A stretch of DNA of 64,000 nucleotides from Pseudomonadota bacterium (GTDB lineage: Archaea > Thermoplasmatota > SW-10-69-26 > JACQPN01 > JAJPHT01), in the NCBI GenBank assembly GCA_021325135.1, contig JAJPHT010000030.1, positions 152,826-216,825 of the forward strand, written 5' to 3'. The notes under the pieces are model-generated. The model did not search any database and was not told the origin of the DNA. It saw only the letters and a list, made by a program, of their open reading frames with translations. This document shows positions 55,659 through 64,000 of the stretch, piece after piece; within the stretch, counting starts at the first letter, position 1; each line of letters starts with the position of its first letter. A program made the translations under genes and the position numbers.

Positions 55659-56525
55659 TTAGCGCGACGCCAGCGTCTCCGCGAACGTGCGCAATCCGTC
55701 CTCGGGCGTGCCGGGGAGGAGGTCGCCGCCCAGCGCCGCGACGTAGCCGCCCTGGGGCACCGCATCCCTCATCCAGCCCACTTCCTGCGCGAGCCACGCG
55801 GGCGGCGCGAGGAGGAGCGTCGGGTCGAGGTTGCCCACCAGCGGCGCGTCCGGGTGCCGCGCGCGCACGTCCTCCAGCGGCACGCGCCAGTCGATGCCCC
55901 AGGCATGGGCGCCGCAGCGCGGCAGGAGCGGCAGGAGGTGCGGCGTGCCCTGGGGGTGGTAGACGGTCTTCGCGCCGCGGAGCCGCTCCAGCGCGGCGCG
56001 CGTCGCGGGCAGCACGAGGCGCTCGAACTCCTCGGGCGCCAGCCGGTCGGCCCACGGATCGTGAAGCTCCAGCACGTCGGCACCGGCCCGCGCGTGCGCG
56101 TCGAGGTGCGCCACGGCCAGGTCCGCGCAGCGCGCGAGGAGGCGCTCCCACGCGGCGCCGTGCGCGTAGACGAACGCCTTCGCGGGCGCCCACCCGCCCA
56201 GGAGCGTCACGGCGAGCGTGAGCGGCGCGCCGCACGAGGCGACCAGCGCCCGGTGCGGCTCGGCCTCGCGCAGGCGCGCGGTGGGCTCCACGCGCAGCTT
56301 TGCGTCCGCCAGCGCGTCCACGTCCGCGGGCGCGCGCACGCGGCCGAAGGTGGGCAGCGGCGCGACCGCGTCCTCCGTCGCGGCGACGAGGTCGACGGGC
56401 AGCGCCAGCGCGCGCTCGCCCAGCCCGCGGATCCACAGCGGGGGCCGGTCCGTCCTCTCGCCCGACAGCGCGCGGCGGGCGCGCTCGCGTCCATCCACGG
56501 GGCCGCGAAGGCGGAGCGCCCGCAT
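55659..56525 (-). CDS. Uroporphyrinogen decarboxylase-fold protein, divergent
   Basis: DRPPLW, GAPLTLA, AGAD..LHDPWA, GIDW, VGNLDP, LLPGTP; canonical catalytic residues altered. Confidence 0.75.
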   Translation of the reverse strand: MRALRLRGPVDGRERARRALSGERTDRPPLWIRGLGERALALPVDLVAATEDAVAPLPTFGRVRAPADVDALADAKLRVEPTARLREAEPHRALVASCGAPLTLAVTLLGGWAPAKAFVYAHGAAWERLLARCADLAVAHLDAHARAGADVLELHDPWADRLAPEEFERLVLPATRAALERLRGAKTVYHPQGTPHLLPLLPRCGAHAWGIDWRVPLEDVRARHPDAPLVGNLDPTLLLAPPAWLAQEVGWMRDAVPQGGYVAALGGDLLPGTPEDGLRTFAETLASR

Positions 56526-56622
56526 CGCCCTTTGCCTCCGCGCCGAAGTTCGGCGTCCCCTTTCCGGAAGGCCGGCGCGGCGCGGGCGAAGCGTTATCCG
56601 CCCCGGGGCCCGGTGCGGAGGC

Positions 56623-57171
56623 ATGCTCGACGAGCGCGCCATGCGGGAGGCGTTCTACGCCCGGGACGCGCGATGCGACGGCCGCTTCGTCACCGGCGTC
56701 ACGACCACCGGGATCTACTGCCTCCCCTCGTGCCCCGCGCGCAAGCCCAAGCCCGAGAACGTGCGCTTCTTCCCCACGCCCGAGGCCGCGCGCGCCGCGG
56801 GCTTCCGCGCGTGCCTGCGCTGCGAGCCCGACCGCGCCGCGTCCCGCGAGGCCGCGCTGGCGGCGCGCGCCGCGGAGCTTGCGCGCAGCGACGCGCGGCT
56901 CGGCCGGCCCGGCGCCCTCGCGCGCCACCTGGGCGTCCCGCGCTCGCGGCTCTCCCGCGCCTTCCGCCGCGCGCGGGGCGAGCCCCTCTCGGCGTTCCTG
57001 CGCCGCCAGCGCGTGCTCGCCGCGGCGGACCGCCTCCGCGAAGGCGCCACCGTCAGGGCCGCCGCGCGCGAGGCGGGCTACCGCTCGCTGGGCGCCTTCT
57101 ACGCCGCGTTCCGCCGCCTCAAGGGCGCGCCCCCCGCGGCATGGCGCGCGTCGCAGGAGGCCCGCGCGTGA
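56623..57171 (+). CDS. adaA: Ada Zn-binding methylphosphotriester methyltransferase plus AraC HTH
   Basis: [18 protein letters not shown], AraC-type [17 protein letters not shown]. Confidence 0.88.
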   Translation: MLDERAMREAFYARDARCDGRFVTGVTTTGIYCLPSCPARKPKPENVRFFPTPEAARAAGFRACLRCEPDRAASREAALAARAAELARSDARLGRPGALARHLGVPRSRLSRAFRRARGEPLSAFLRRQRVLAAADRLREGATVRAAAREAGYRSLGAFYAAFRRLKGAPPAAWRASQEARA

Positions 57172-57698
57172 CCTCCTACGCGGAAGGCTCCGCGCCCAGC
57201 CCGCTGGGCCCCCTGCGCCTCGTCGTCACGGACGCGGGCCTCGCCTACGTCGGCACGCCCGGAGAGCGCCCCGAGCGCTTCGCAGCATGGGCCGCCCGCC
57301 GCCTCGCGGACGCGCCGCGCGTCGACGACCCCGCCCGCCTCGCCCCCGCCGCCGCGCAGCTCCACGAGTATTTCCAGGGAACGCGCGTCGCGTTCGACCT
57401 GCCCCTGGACCAGGCGGGCACGCCCTTCCAGCGGCGCGTCTGGGACGCCCTCGTGCGCATCCCCTTCGGCGAGACGCGCTCCTACGCCGACCTCGCGCGG
57501 GAGCTTGGCCGCCCCGGCGCCGAGCGCGCGGTGGGCGCCGCCAACGGGGCCAACCCCCTCTCCATCGTCGTGCCCTGCCACCGCGTCGTGGGCTCCGGAG
57601 GCGAGCTGACCGGCTACGCGGGCGGCATGCGCGCGAAGGCGAAGCTCCTCCGGCACGAGCGCGCCCACGCCGGGCAGACCCGCCTCCCGATCCCGTGA
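57168..57698 (+). CDS. ogt: Methylated-DNA-protein-cysteine methyltransferase
   Basis: [23 protein letters not shown]. Confidence 0.95.
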   Translation: MTSYAEGSAPSPLGPLRLVVTDAGLAYVGTPGERPERFAAWAARRLADAPRVDDPARLAPAAAQLHEYFQGTRVAFDLPLDQAGTPFQRRVWDALVRIPFGETRSYADLARELGRPGAERAVGAANGANPLSIVVPCHRVVGSGGELTGYAGGMRAKAKLLRHERAHAGQTRLPIP

Positions 57699-57744
57699 GG
57701 CGCCCGCAACGTTCTTATCGGCGGCTAGGCTCCCGAAGGATGCC

Positions 57745-57819
57745 GCTCCTGTAGTGTAGACCGGCCAATCATACAAGCCTTTCAAGCTTGGGACTCGGGT
57801 TCGAATCCCGGCAGGAGCA
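57745..57819 (+). tRNA. tRNA-Glu(TTC)
   Basis: GCTCCTG/CAGGAGC acceptor, CAAGC-CTTTCAA-GCTTG anticodon arm, GGTTCGAAT T-loop; no encoded CCA. Confidence 0.96.
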
Positions 57820-57833
57820 TACGAGCGGGGGAG

Positions 57834-57901
57834 GACGCTCCAGGCGGGATTCGGCCGCCGAACCCTTGGGAATCCGGCGAGCGAATCCCGGCAGGAGCGT
57901 C
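57834..57901. repeat. tRNA 3'-end-derived hairpin (antisense copy plus sense copy)
   Basis: 57882-57898 is identical to 57802-57818; 57834-57853 is the reverse complement of 57882-57901 at 18/20. Confidence 0.85.
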
Positions 57902-58084
57902 GCAGCGGGGGTTCGCTCGCTGCGTTGATGGCGGGGGGATGCTCGCGGAAGGCCGGGATGCCGGCCCTGGGGCCGCCGGGCGTGGCGTCGCGCAGGCGGC
58001 CCGCAAACCTTTGATCCCCACTTGTTATGCCGTCTCGCTAACATGTTAGTTACGCGGGATCTGTTCCCGCTTGGAGACCACCGA

Positions 58085-58489
58085 ATGTCAACTCGATTTG
58101 CCACCCTCGCGCTTGTCTGCATCGTCGGCCTCGCGGCCCTCCCGGGCGTCCACGCGGACACCAGCTTCACGGGCGCCCTCTCGGGCACCGCCTCCGTCTG
58201 GGCGTCCTTCTACGGCACCACCTGCTCGAATTGGCAGTCCGCCTCGTTCAGCGGCGTCTTCGTGCAGGGGAACATCCAGTACGGCTCGAGCAGCAACTCC
58301 CAGTTCAGCATCTCCATCAGCCAGGGGGAGCTGACCTACACGTCGAGCGCGTCCTGGCCCTGCGGCTCGCAGTCGATGCCGATCCTCTCGACGGACGTCA
58401 ACTGCTCCGCGGGAACGGCGCGGATCGACGCGGGCGTCCCCGGCTCGGTGGGCGTCACGTTCCTCCTCACCGGCGCGACTTGCGCCTGA
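58085..58489 (+). CDS. Small secreted Ser/Thr-rich protein, 4 Cys in the mature part
   Basis: Signal peptide ending VHA; upstream palindrome CTAACATGTTAG. Confidence 0.7.
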   Translation: MSTRFATLALVCIVGLAALPGVHADTSFTGALSGTASVWASFYGTTCSNWQSASFSGVFVQGNIQYGSSSNSQFSISISQGELTYTSSASWPCGSQSMPILSTDVNCSAGTARIDAGVPGSVGVTFLLTGATCA

Positions 58490-58612
58490 GGAGACGCAGA
58501 ACCCCCGAAGGCGCCAGGCGAAGGGCGGATCCTCTCGCCTGGCCATTTTCTCCGCCTGAAATGATCGGAGGCCGAATGCGCCCCCGCCGCGCTCCGCGCC
58601 ACCTTGTTCTTT

Positions 58613-59551
58613 CTATGCCGTCTTGGTTGCGGCCGGCCCACACCTCGCCATCTCGCAGGGGCAATCGGGCGACTCCACCTGCACGGTGACGTGGTCGATG
58701 CGGAAGCGCTCGCGGATGGCCTCGTGGATGTCGTGGGTGATCTGGTCGCCCTGGGGCGAGCGGTCGAGGACGACGTGGACGGAGAGGACGTCCGCGCCGC
58801 TGCTGAGGCTCCAGACGTGCAGCTCGTGGATCTCCTGCACGGGAGCCATGGCGCGCAGCGTCGTCTCCAGGTCCTCCATGTCGACGTGCCGCGGCGCGCC
58901 TTCCAGGAGGATGTGCAGCGTCTCGCGCGTGAGGCGCCAGGTGAAGACGAGGATGAGCAGCGTCACGAAGACGGTGAGCGCAGGGTCGGCCCACGTCCAG
59001 CCGTAGAGCCGCACGAGGGCGCCCGCGGCGAGGGCGGCGGCGCTGCCCAGCGCGTCGCTGAGGATGTGCAGGTACGCGGCCTTCACGTTGAGGTTGTGGT
59101 CGCCGCCGCGGCGCAGCGCGAGGGCCAGGAGCACGTTGGCGACCAGCGTGAAGGCGCCCACGGCCATGACCAGCGTGCCGTCCACGCCCGGGGGCGCGCG
59201 CAGGCGGCGGTACGCCTCGTAGAGGAAGTAGGCGGAGAGGCCCCAGAGCGCGGCGGCGTTGACGAAGGCGGCCAGCACCTCGGCGCGCTTGTAGCCGAAC
59301 GTCCGCGCCGCGGTGGCGGGTCGCATGGCGACGGTGATGGCGAGGAACGCGACGCCCACGGCCAGCACGTCGGTCGCGTAGTGGGCCGCGTCGGCGAGCA
59401 GCACCAGCGAGTTCGCGGCGAGGCCGCCCACGACCTCGGCCGCCATGACCGCCAGGCCGCACGCCATGACGATCAGGAGCCGGGTCCGGTTGGACTGGGC
59501 CCCGGGCGCGTGGTCGTGGGCGTGGTCGTGCGCGTGCTCCACGGAGGCCAC
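58613..59551 (-). CDS. czcD: Cation diffusion facilitator (CzcD/ZitB-like)
   Basis: His-rich N-terminus, LADAAH..D, TFGY.RAE, HILSD, ELHVW, HVTVQVE. Confidence 0.92.
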   Translation of the reverse strand: MASVEHAHDHAHDHAPGAQSNRTRLLIVMACGLAVMAAEVVGGLAANSLVLLADAAHYATDVLAVGVAFLAITVAMRPATAARTFGYKRAEVLAAFVNAAALWGLSAYFLYEAYRRLRAPPGVDGTLVMAVGAFTLVANVLLALALRRGGDHNLNVKAAYLHILSDALGSAAALAAGALVRLYGWTWADPALTVFVTLLILVFTWRLTRETLHILLEGAPRHVDMEDLETTLRAMAPVQEIHELHVWSLSSGADVLSVHVVLDRSPQGDQITHDIHEAIRERFRIDHVTVQVESPDCPCEMARCGPAATKTA

Positions 59552-59599
59552 TCGCCGCGGGGGCCCTTCCCCCTTGCGATAGGCACCCGGGCGGGCCTT

Positions 59600-60967
59600 T
59601 TAAGCGGAGGCGCCTCCGACGCGGATCGTCCCCCTCATGCCCCCTTCGGCGTGCCCGGGGACGCTGCACTGGAACGCGTAGTCCCCCGCCGCGGGGAGCG
59701 TCGCCATGACGGTCGCGCTGGCGCCGGGGGGCACCTCGCCTGTGTCCACGCCCAGGGAGGGGATGGAGAAGGTGTGCGGGACGTGGCCGCCGTTGACGAA
59801 GGTCACGTGCAGCATGCCGGGCTGCGCGACCGCGACCAGGGAGGGGGAGAACGACAGCTCGCCCGCCTCGCCCGTGGAGGCCGTGACCGTGACGTCGCCC
59901 TGCGCGGGCGGGCTCCCGGACGGGGCCGGGCTTCCGCCCATTCCCGGCATGCCGGGGGGCGGCGTCGCGTTGCCCTGGGGAAGCTGGAGGCTCCCCTCCC
60001 TGGGCTCGACGATGAAGACGCCGATCATGCCGCCATCCGCGTGGGAGACGACGTGGCAGTGGAAGAGCCAGAGGCCCGGCTCGGTGGGCGTCACCGTGAC
60101 GCGGTTCGCCTCGCCGGGGAGCAGGCCCAGCACCTGCGCGGGAAGCGGCTTGCCGTCGTCCATGTACGCCGTCATGGCGTGGAGGTGGAAGCTGTGCACG
60201 ACGTCGCCGATGTTGACGACGTTGATGCGCATGGGCACGCCGACGCGCCCGTGGAGCGTGGGCACGGTCTTGCCAAGTTGCGCGACGACGCCCGGGACGC
60301 CCTGCTGCGCGAAGATCGTCTCCAGCGCGTGCTCCCCGCCCGGGATGCCCTTGCCGTTCATGACGTAGTAGGGCGCCCTGGGGTCGCTCACGTCGAAGCC
60401 GCGCTCGGCCATGAACACGACCTCGTCGTCGATGGGCGCCTCGCCGGGCGCCTTCACGATGATCGCGCCGTAGAGGCCCTGCGCCATGTGCTCGTGGATG
60501 GTGTGCCCGCCATCCGCGCTGTGGCAGTGGTAGTAGAAGAGGCCGGCCACCGTCGCGGTGAACTCGTAGGTGTACGTCCCGTTGGGCGGGATCATGGCCA
60601 TGCCGCCGATGCCGGTGATGACGTTGAGCTGGCTCCCGTCGTTCTCCAGCCCGTAGGGGGAGAGGTGCGTGTGGAAGCTGTGGGTGACGTTCATCGCGTT
60701 GTGGACCGTGACGCGGACGTGGTCCCCCACGGTGGCCACGAGCGTCGGCCCGGGCACCGTGTGGTTGAACGTCCACGCATGCCACACCATTCCGCCTCCC
60801 ATGTCGATGTCCTGCGGCACGATCTCCAGGAAGAAGTCGCGCGTCTGCGGCGCGGAGGACGCCGAGGCCCCAGGCCCCACTGCCACGCGGCTGGCGAGGC
60901 CCGCGACGCTGGCGCCCACGATGGCGAACGAGATGGCGACGACGACGAGACGCGCGGTGTCGGTCAT
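59600..60967 (-). CDS. Two-domain multicopper oxidase plus C-terminal cupredoxin
   Basis: HSFHTH/YHCH..H....L; HSFHLH/FHCH...H....M; PHTF..CSVPGHAEGGM. Confidence 0.88.
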   Translation of the reverse strand: MTDTARLVVVAISFAIVGASVAGLASRVAVGPGASASSAPQTRDFFLEIVPQDIDMGGGMVWHAWTFNHTVPGPTLVATVGDHVRVTVHNAMNVTHSFHTHLSPYGLENDGSQLNVITGIGGMAMIPPNGTYTYEFTATVAGLFYYHCHSADGGHTIHEHMAQGLYGAIIVKAPGEAPIDDEVVFMAERGFDVSDPRAPYYVMNGKGIPGGEHALETIFAQQGVPGVVAQLGKTVPTLHGRVGVPMRINVVNIGDVVHSFHLHAMTAYMDDGKPLPAQVLGLLPGEANRVTVTPTEPGLWLFHCHVVSHADGGMIGVFIVEPREGSLQLPQGNATPPPGMPGMGGSPAPSGSPPAQGDVTVTASTGEAGELSFSPSLVAVAQPGMLHVTFVNGGHVPHTFSIPSLGVDTGEVPPGASATVMATLPAAGDYAFQCSVPGHAEGGMRGTIRVGGASA

Positions 60968-61010
60968 GATGCTCGCAGGAGCGTGGGCTCGCGAGACAAA
61001 AGATATCGCG

Positions 61011-61028
61011 CCGAACGAGTTCGGTCCG
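61011..61028. promoter_or_regulatory. Palindromic operator CCGAAC-NN-GTTCGG(TCCG), copy 1
   Basis: CCGAACGAGTTCGGTCCG upstream of the oxidase gene. Confidence 0.7.
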
Positions 61029-61592
61029 TCACGGCCCGGTCTTGCGCGTGCGCGCGTCGCCCGCGGGCGCGGAGCCGAAGTCCATGACGCCCTCGCGCAG
61101 GAGGACGCCGTTCTCGTCCTCGGCCGCCAGCGACGAGGGGTAGGAGAAGGAGTCGACGCCCGAGACGGCGCGGGCGCGGCGTTGCGCGAGGTCGAAGGCG
61201 GCCTGCGCGATGGCGATGTGGCCCGCCTCCTCCTTGGCCAGGTCGCGGAAGAGAGCCCGGACGCGCGGGTCGTGGGCCTCCTCGACGCGCTCCAGGTAGA
61301 ACTCGTGGGCGGCGCGCTCGCACTCCAGCACGTCCTGGACCGCCGCGAGGTCGATGGCCGGCTGCGCGCCCTGGGGCAGGGCGGCGTTGAGGCGCTCCAG
61401 CTCGCGCACGACGCGCTCGTGGTGGTCCACGCCCGTGCGCGGGCCCCCGGCGAGGCGCAGCAGCGTCGAGCGCACGTCGGCGTCCTTCACGACGCGCTGC
61501 GCGATCTCCAGCACGAAGCCCTCGTAGGCGACCTCGTACATCTCCGCGAGCTTGAGCAGGCGGACGTCGCGCACGTCCTGGGAGAGGGTCAC
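61029..61592 (-). CDS. Ferritin-like/rubrerythrin family protein
   Basis: E..A..FY and EEAGH motifs; GTGA overlap with the USP gene. Confidence 0.8.
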   Translation of the reverse strand: MTLSQDVRDVRLLKLAEMYEVAYEGFVLEIAQRVVKDADVRSTLLRLAGGPRTGVDHHERVVRELERLNAALPQGAQPAIDLAAVQDVLECERAAHEFYLERVEEAHDPRVRALFRDLAKEEAGHIAIAQAAFDLAQRRARAVSGVDSFSYPSSLAAEDENGVLLREGVMDFGSAPAGDARTRKTGP

Positions 61593-62503
61593 TGGAGGGG
61601 CCCCCGGACGACGAGGACGCTGCTGCGCGCCTCGTGGCACACCTTGGTGCTGACGCTGCCCATGACGAGGCTGCGGACGCGCCCCAGCCCGCGCGCGCCC
61701 ATGACGATGAGGCTCGCGTGGCGCGCGTCGGCCTCGGCGACCACGCGCGCGGCGGGGTCCCCCGTGGCGATAACCTCGGTGAGGCGGCCGCGGACGGCGA
61801 CGTCGATGCCTGCGCGCAGGTCGGGGCGCGCGACGCCGGGGCTCTCGACGTGGGCGAGGACCAGGCCCGCGCCCCAGCGCTCGGCCAGCGCGGCCGCGAC
61901 GCCCGCCGCGCGGGTGGCCGGCGCGCTGCCGTCGATGGCGGCGAGGACGGGGTCGCTGCGCGGCGGCGTCCGGGCGAGGAGGACGCTCGCGCGCGCCTTG
62001 TTGCGCACCGCGTCCGCGACGCTGCCCAGGAGGAGGCGCTGCCCCGCGGTGCGGCCGTGCGTGCCCACGATGAGGAGGTCCGCCTTCACCTCGGCGGCGA
62101 GCTTCGCGATCTCGGAGGCGGGCTCGCCGAACCCCTGGAGCGCCTCCGCACGGGGGGCGTCGAGGAGCCTCAGCCCTTCGTCCAGGAGCGCGCGGCCCGC
62201 GTCGCGGGCGTTGCGCGCCATGGTCTCGGCCACGAGGCCGAACGCCGCGCCGGTGGGGTCCGCCATGGCGGAGAATGGGGGAGTGACGACGTGGAGGAGC
62301 CAGACGCGGACCCCCGGCTCGCGGCCCAGCTCGCGCGCCCACGCGAGGGCGTGCGCGCTGGCCGGGCTGCCGTCGGTCGCGACGAGGATCCTCCGGAAGG
62401 GGAAGGGCGCCGGGGCCGCGTCGCTTCCGGCGGGCGCCTCCGCCAGGCGGTCGAGGGCCCGGCTCACGTCCTGGACCTCCTTCCTTGGGAGCGTGGATGC
62501 CAT
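61589..62503 (-). CDS. Universal stress protein, tandem USP domains
   Basis: ILVATDGS, VGTHGR..LLGSVA; AIDGS, MGARG..MGSVS. Confidence 0.93.
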   Translation of the reverse strand: MASTLPRKEVQDVSRALDRLAEAPAGSDAAPAPFPFRRILVATDGSPASAHALAWARELGREPGVRVWLLHVVTPPFSAMADPTGAAFGLVAETMARNARDAGRALLDEGLRLLDAPRAEALQGFGEPASEIAKLAAEVKADLLIVGTHGRTAGQRLLLGSVADAVRNKARASVLLARTPPRSDPVLAAIDGSAPATRAAGVAAALAERWGAGLVLAHVESPGVARPDLRAGIDVAVRGRLTEVIATGDPAARVVAEADARHASLIVMGARGLGRVRSLVMGSVSTKVCHEARSSVLVVRGPLQ

Positions 62504-62524
62504 GGGGACGGCCTCGACGCTCCT

Positions 62525-63079
62525 TCAGGCGAGGTAGCGGTTCTTCTGGACGAAGGAAAGGCTCTGCCAGTACTTCCCGAGGCCCAGCACGCTGCCGGCG
62601 TTCACCATCGCGAGGCCGATGAGGACCGCCGCGTAGACGAGGTGGTCGTCGACGGCGGGGTTCGACGTGGCGGCGACGCCCACGGTCGCGGCCGCGTACA
62701 TCATGAGCATGAGCAGCGCGCCCGAGACGGCCGCGATGCGCATGCCGACGCCCAGGATCAGCGCGAGGCCGATGCCCAGGAGGGCGAGCATGAAGAGCCA
62801 GTCCGTGACGACGTTGCCGGCGATGGCGTGGAAGAAGCCGGAGAACGTGCCCGTGGTGTGGCTGAGGAACCCGTTGGTGGGGCTGCCGCCGCGGATCCAC
62901 GCGCTGGCGGGCTTGGTGGAGTAGCTCAGGCCGAAGCTCTTGTCCAGGAAGGCCCAGAGGAAGACGAATCCCAGGAGCAGCCGGGCGCCCACCCACGCGT
63001 ACATGTGGCCGGGGGTGTGCTCGCTCTTGACCTTCATCTCCGTCTTGCGGTCATAGGCGGTGGCGTTGAGGGGGGGCAT
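62525..63079 (-). CDS. DoxX/DoxD-like membrane protein
   Basis: RLLLGFVFLWAFLDK.FG, W..GGSPT.GFL, NP.VDDH. Confidence 0.88.
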   Translation of the reverse strand: MPPLNATAYDRKTEMKVKSEHTPGHMYAWVGARLLLGFVFLWAFLDKSFGLSYSTKPASAWIRGGSPTNGFLSHTTGTFSGFFHAIAGNVVTDWLFMLALLGIGLALILGVGMRIAAVSGALLMLMMYAAATVGVAATSNPAVDDHLVYAAVLIGLAMVNAGSVLGLGKYWQSLSFVQKNRYLA

Positions 63080-63166
63080 GGTGGTGTCCTTCTCTTGGCG
63101 GTCCGCGGCCCTCGGCCGCAGGCCTTGCCGAACCCCCATGGGCGCCGCAAGTGGATGGCGTTTCCA

Positions 63167-63184
63167 CCGAACTCGTTCGGTCCG
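63167..63184. promoter_or_regulatory. Palindromic operator, copy 2
   Basis: CCGAACTCGTTCGGTCCG between the doxX-like gene and the regulator. Confidence 0.7.
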
Positions 63185-63263
63185 GGTCGACCCTCTGAGT
63201 GTCCGTTCTGGGCGGAATCCACCTCTTTATGAACGAGGAGCCCCAGAACAGGGGCCTGACACC

Positions 63264-63782
63264 ATGTGGGCCACGATCCTCCAGGTGGACACCCCCGCCT
63301 GCGCCTGGTGCCGCCAGGCCAGCACGCAGTTCCCCGAGGTCGGCCTCAAGGTCGTCTCCTACTACTCGCGCAGCGGCGGCAACGCGCTGGAGGTCGTCGA
63401 GATGGAGGGCCAGCGCTGGCCCGAGGTCGTGAAGGGCATCCAGGCCAACGCGACCGTCGACGAGGTCGAGGTGCTCGACTCCACCGCGCGCGCCGCCAAG
63501 GTGCGCATCGCGGCCCGCTCCTGCGCGCTGCCCGCCGCCATCGAGGCCAGCGGCATCGTGCCGCAACTCCCCTTCGAGATCGCGCAGGGGTGCGACAAGT
63601 GGCTCCTCGTGAGCGAGAAGGCGCACGCCAAGGAGTTCTACGACACCCTGCGCGCGCAGGGCATCGGCGTCACCATCGCCTACAGCGGCGAGTACGCGCC
63701 CGACGCCGCGCTCACGCCGCGCCAGCAGGAGATCCTGGAGGCCGCGATGAAGCACGGCTACTACGACTACAAAAACGCTTAG
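63264..63782 (+). pseudogene. Bacterio-opsin-activator (HTH_10) regulator truncated inside the HTH domain
   Basis: LTPRQQEILEAAMKHGYYDY then KNA*; the PR..TL.ELA..LG.S helix-turn-helix seen in both 47653-49233 modules is missing. Confidence 0.8.
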
Positions 63783-64000
63783 TTCCCCGTGAAGTCCCCC
63801 GTGGGTCCCCATTGGGGAATCCTGAGTTCCCCGGCTTCGTGGTGTCGTTTTCGCCTCCGTTACCCTCCCTGTTTTCGCTTGCTGATCTTGGCTCGGGCCG
63901 TTCCCCGCGTGGATCGTCGCGCCGATCTAGCTCGGGCGCGAGGAGGCGCGCCCGGCGGGGACCTTCGAAAGAGAAAACGGGGGGCGGGGAGGGGGTCGGA
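63771..64000. mobile_element. Start of inserted non-coding DNA, probable mobile-element end
   Basis: Abrupt junction after GYYDY; AGT(T/C)CCCCGTG repeats; motif shared with the integrase upstream region. Confidence 0.6.

Noticed and set aside
55659-56525. Assigning the symbol hemE
   Set aside because: The fold is recognisable but key catalytic motifs are altered
59600-60967. Copper nitrite reductase (nirK)
   Set aside because: Both domains carry HxH and HCH motifs for a trinuclear cluster, which NirK lacks
3640-63960. A single 60-kb mobile element bounded by the two homologous motifs
   Set aside because: The interval holds core genes (secG, trxB, folate genes, tRNAs) and the copies are too diverged to be att sites of one event
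1-64000. CRISPR array, cas genes, rRNA, reverse transcriptase or IS transposase
   Set aside because: No regularly spaced repeat-spacer array and no motifs of these families were seen by eye

Overview
Very GC-rich chromosomal segment of an archaeon, most likely a Thermoplasmatota-type lineage. The archaeal call rests on a Sec61beta gene, bacterio-opsin-activator-type HTH regulators, tRNAs without encoded CCA and BRE/TATA-like promoters; the lineage is inferred, not searched. The first ~3.8 kb is part of an integrated element: an atypical RGD-type tyrosine integrase, an overlapping RHH/coiled-coil accessory gene and iteron-like repeats. The middle is mostly housekeeping and envelope genes: trxB, signal peptidase I, PLD, mce, an 8-gene glycosylation locus, a subtilase, a ThDP enzyme, znuACB with a NikR-like regulator, MNT-HEPN and VapBC toxin-antitoxin pairs, purN-folC-folP-folB, gcvT, ada/ogt/alkA, tRNA-Thr and tRNA-Glu. 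The right end is a copper/stress cluster whose regulator is cut off at its GYY motif by foreign DNA sharing a conserved non-coding motif with the integrase upstream region. Most notable: (1) that shared motif and the truncated regulator; (2) a 78-nt double-hairpin insert in frame in a thioesterase gene; (3) a double bat-HTH regulator followed by twin RHH genes with identical SD-containing palindromes; (4) a histone-H1-like protein; (5) a secreted tandem 6-Cys peptide; (6) a two-domain multicopper oxidase with three type-1 Cu sites; (7) several palindromic repeat families. All calls were made by eye from motifs; no searches were run.
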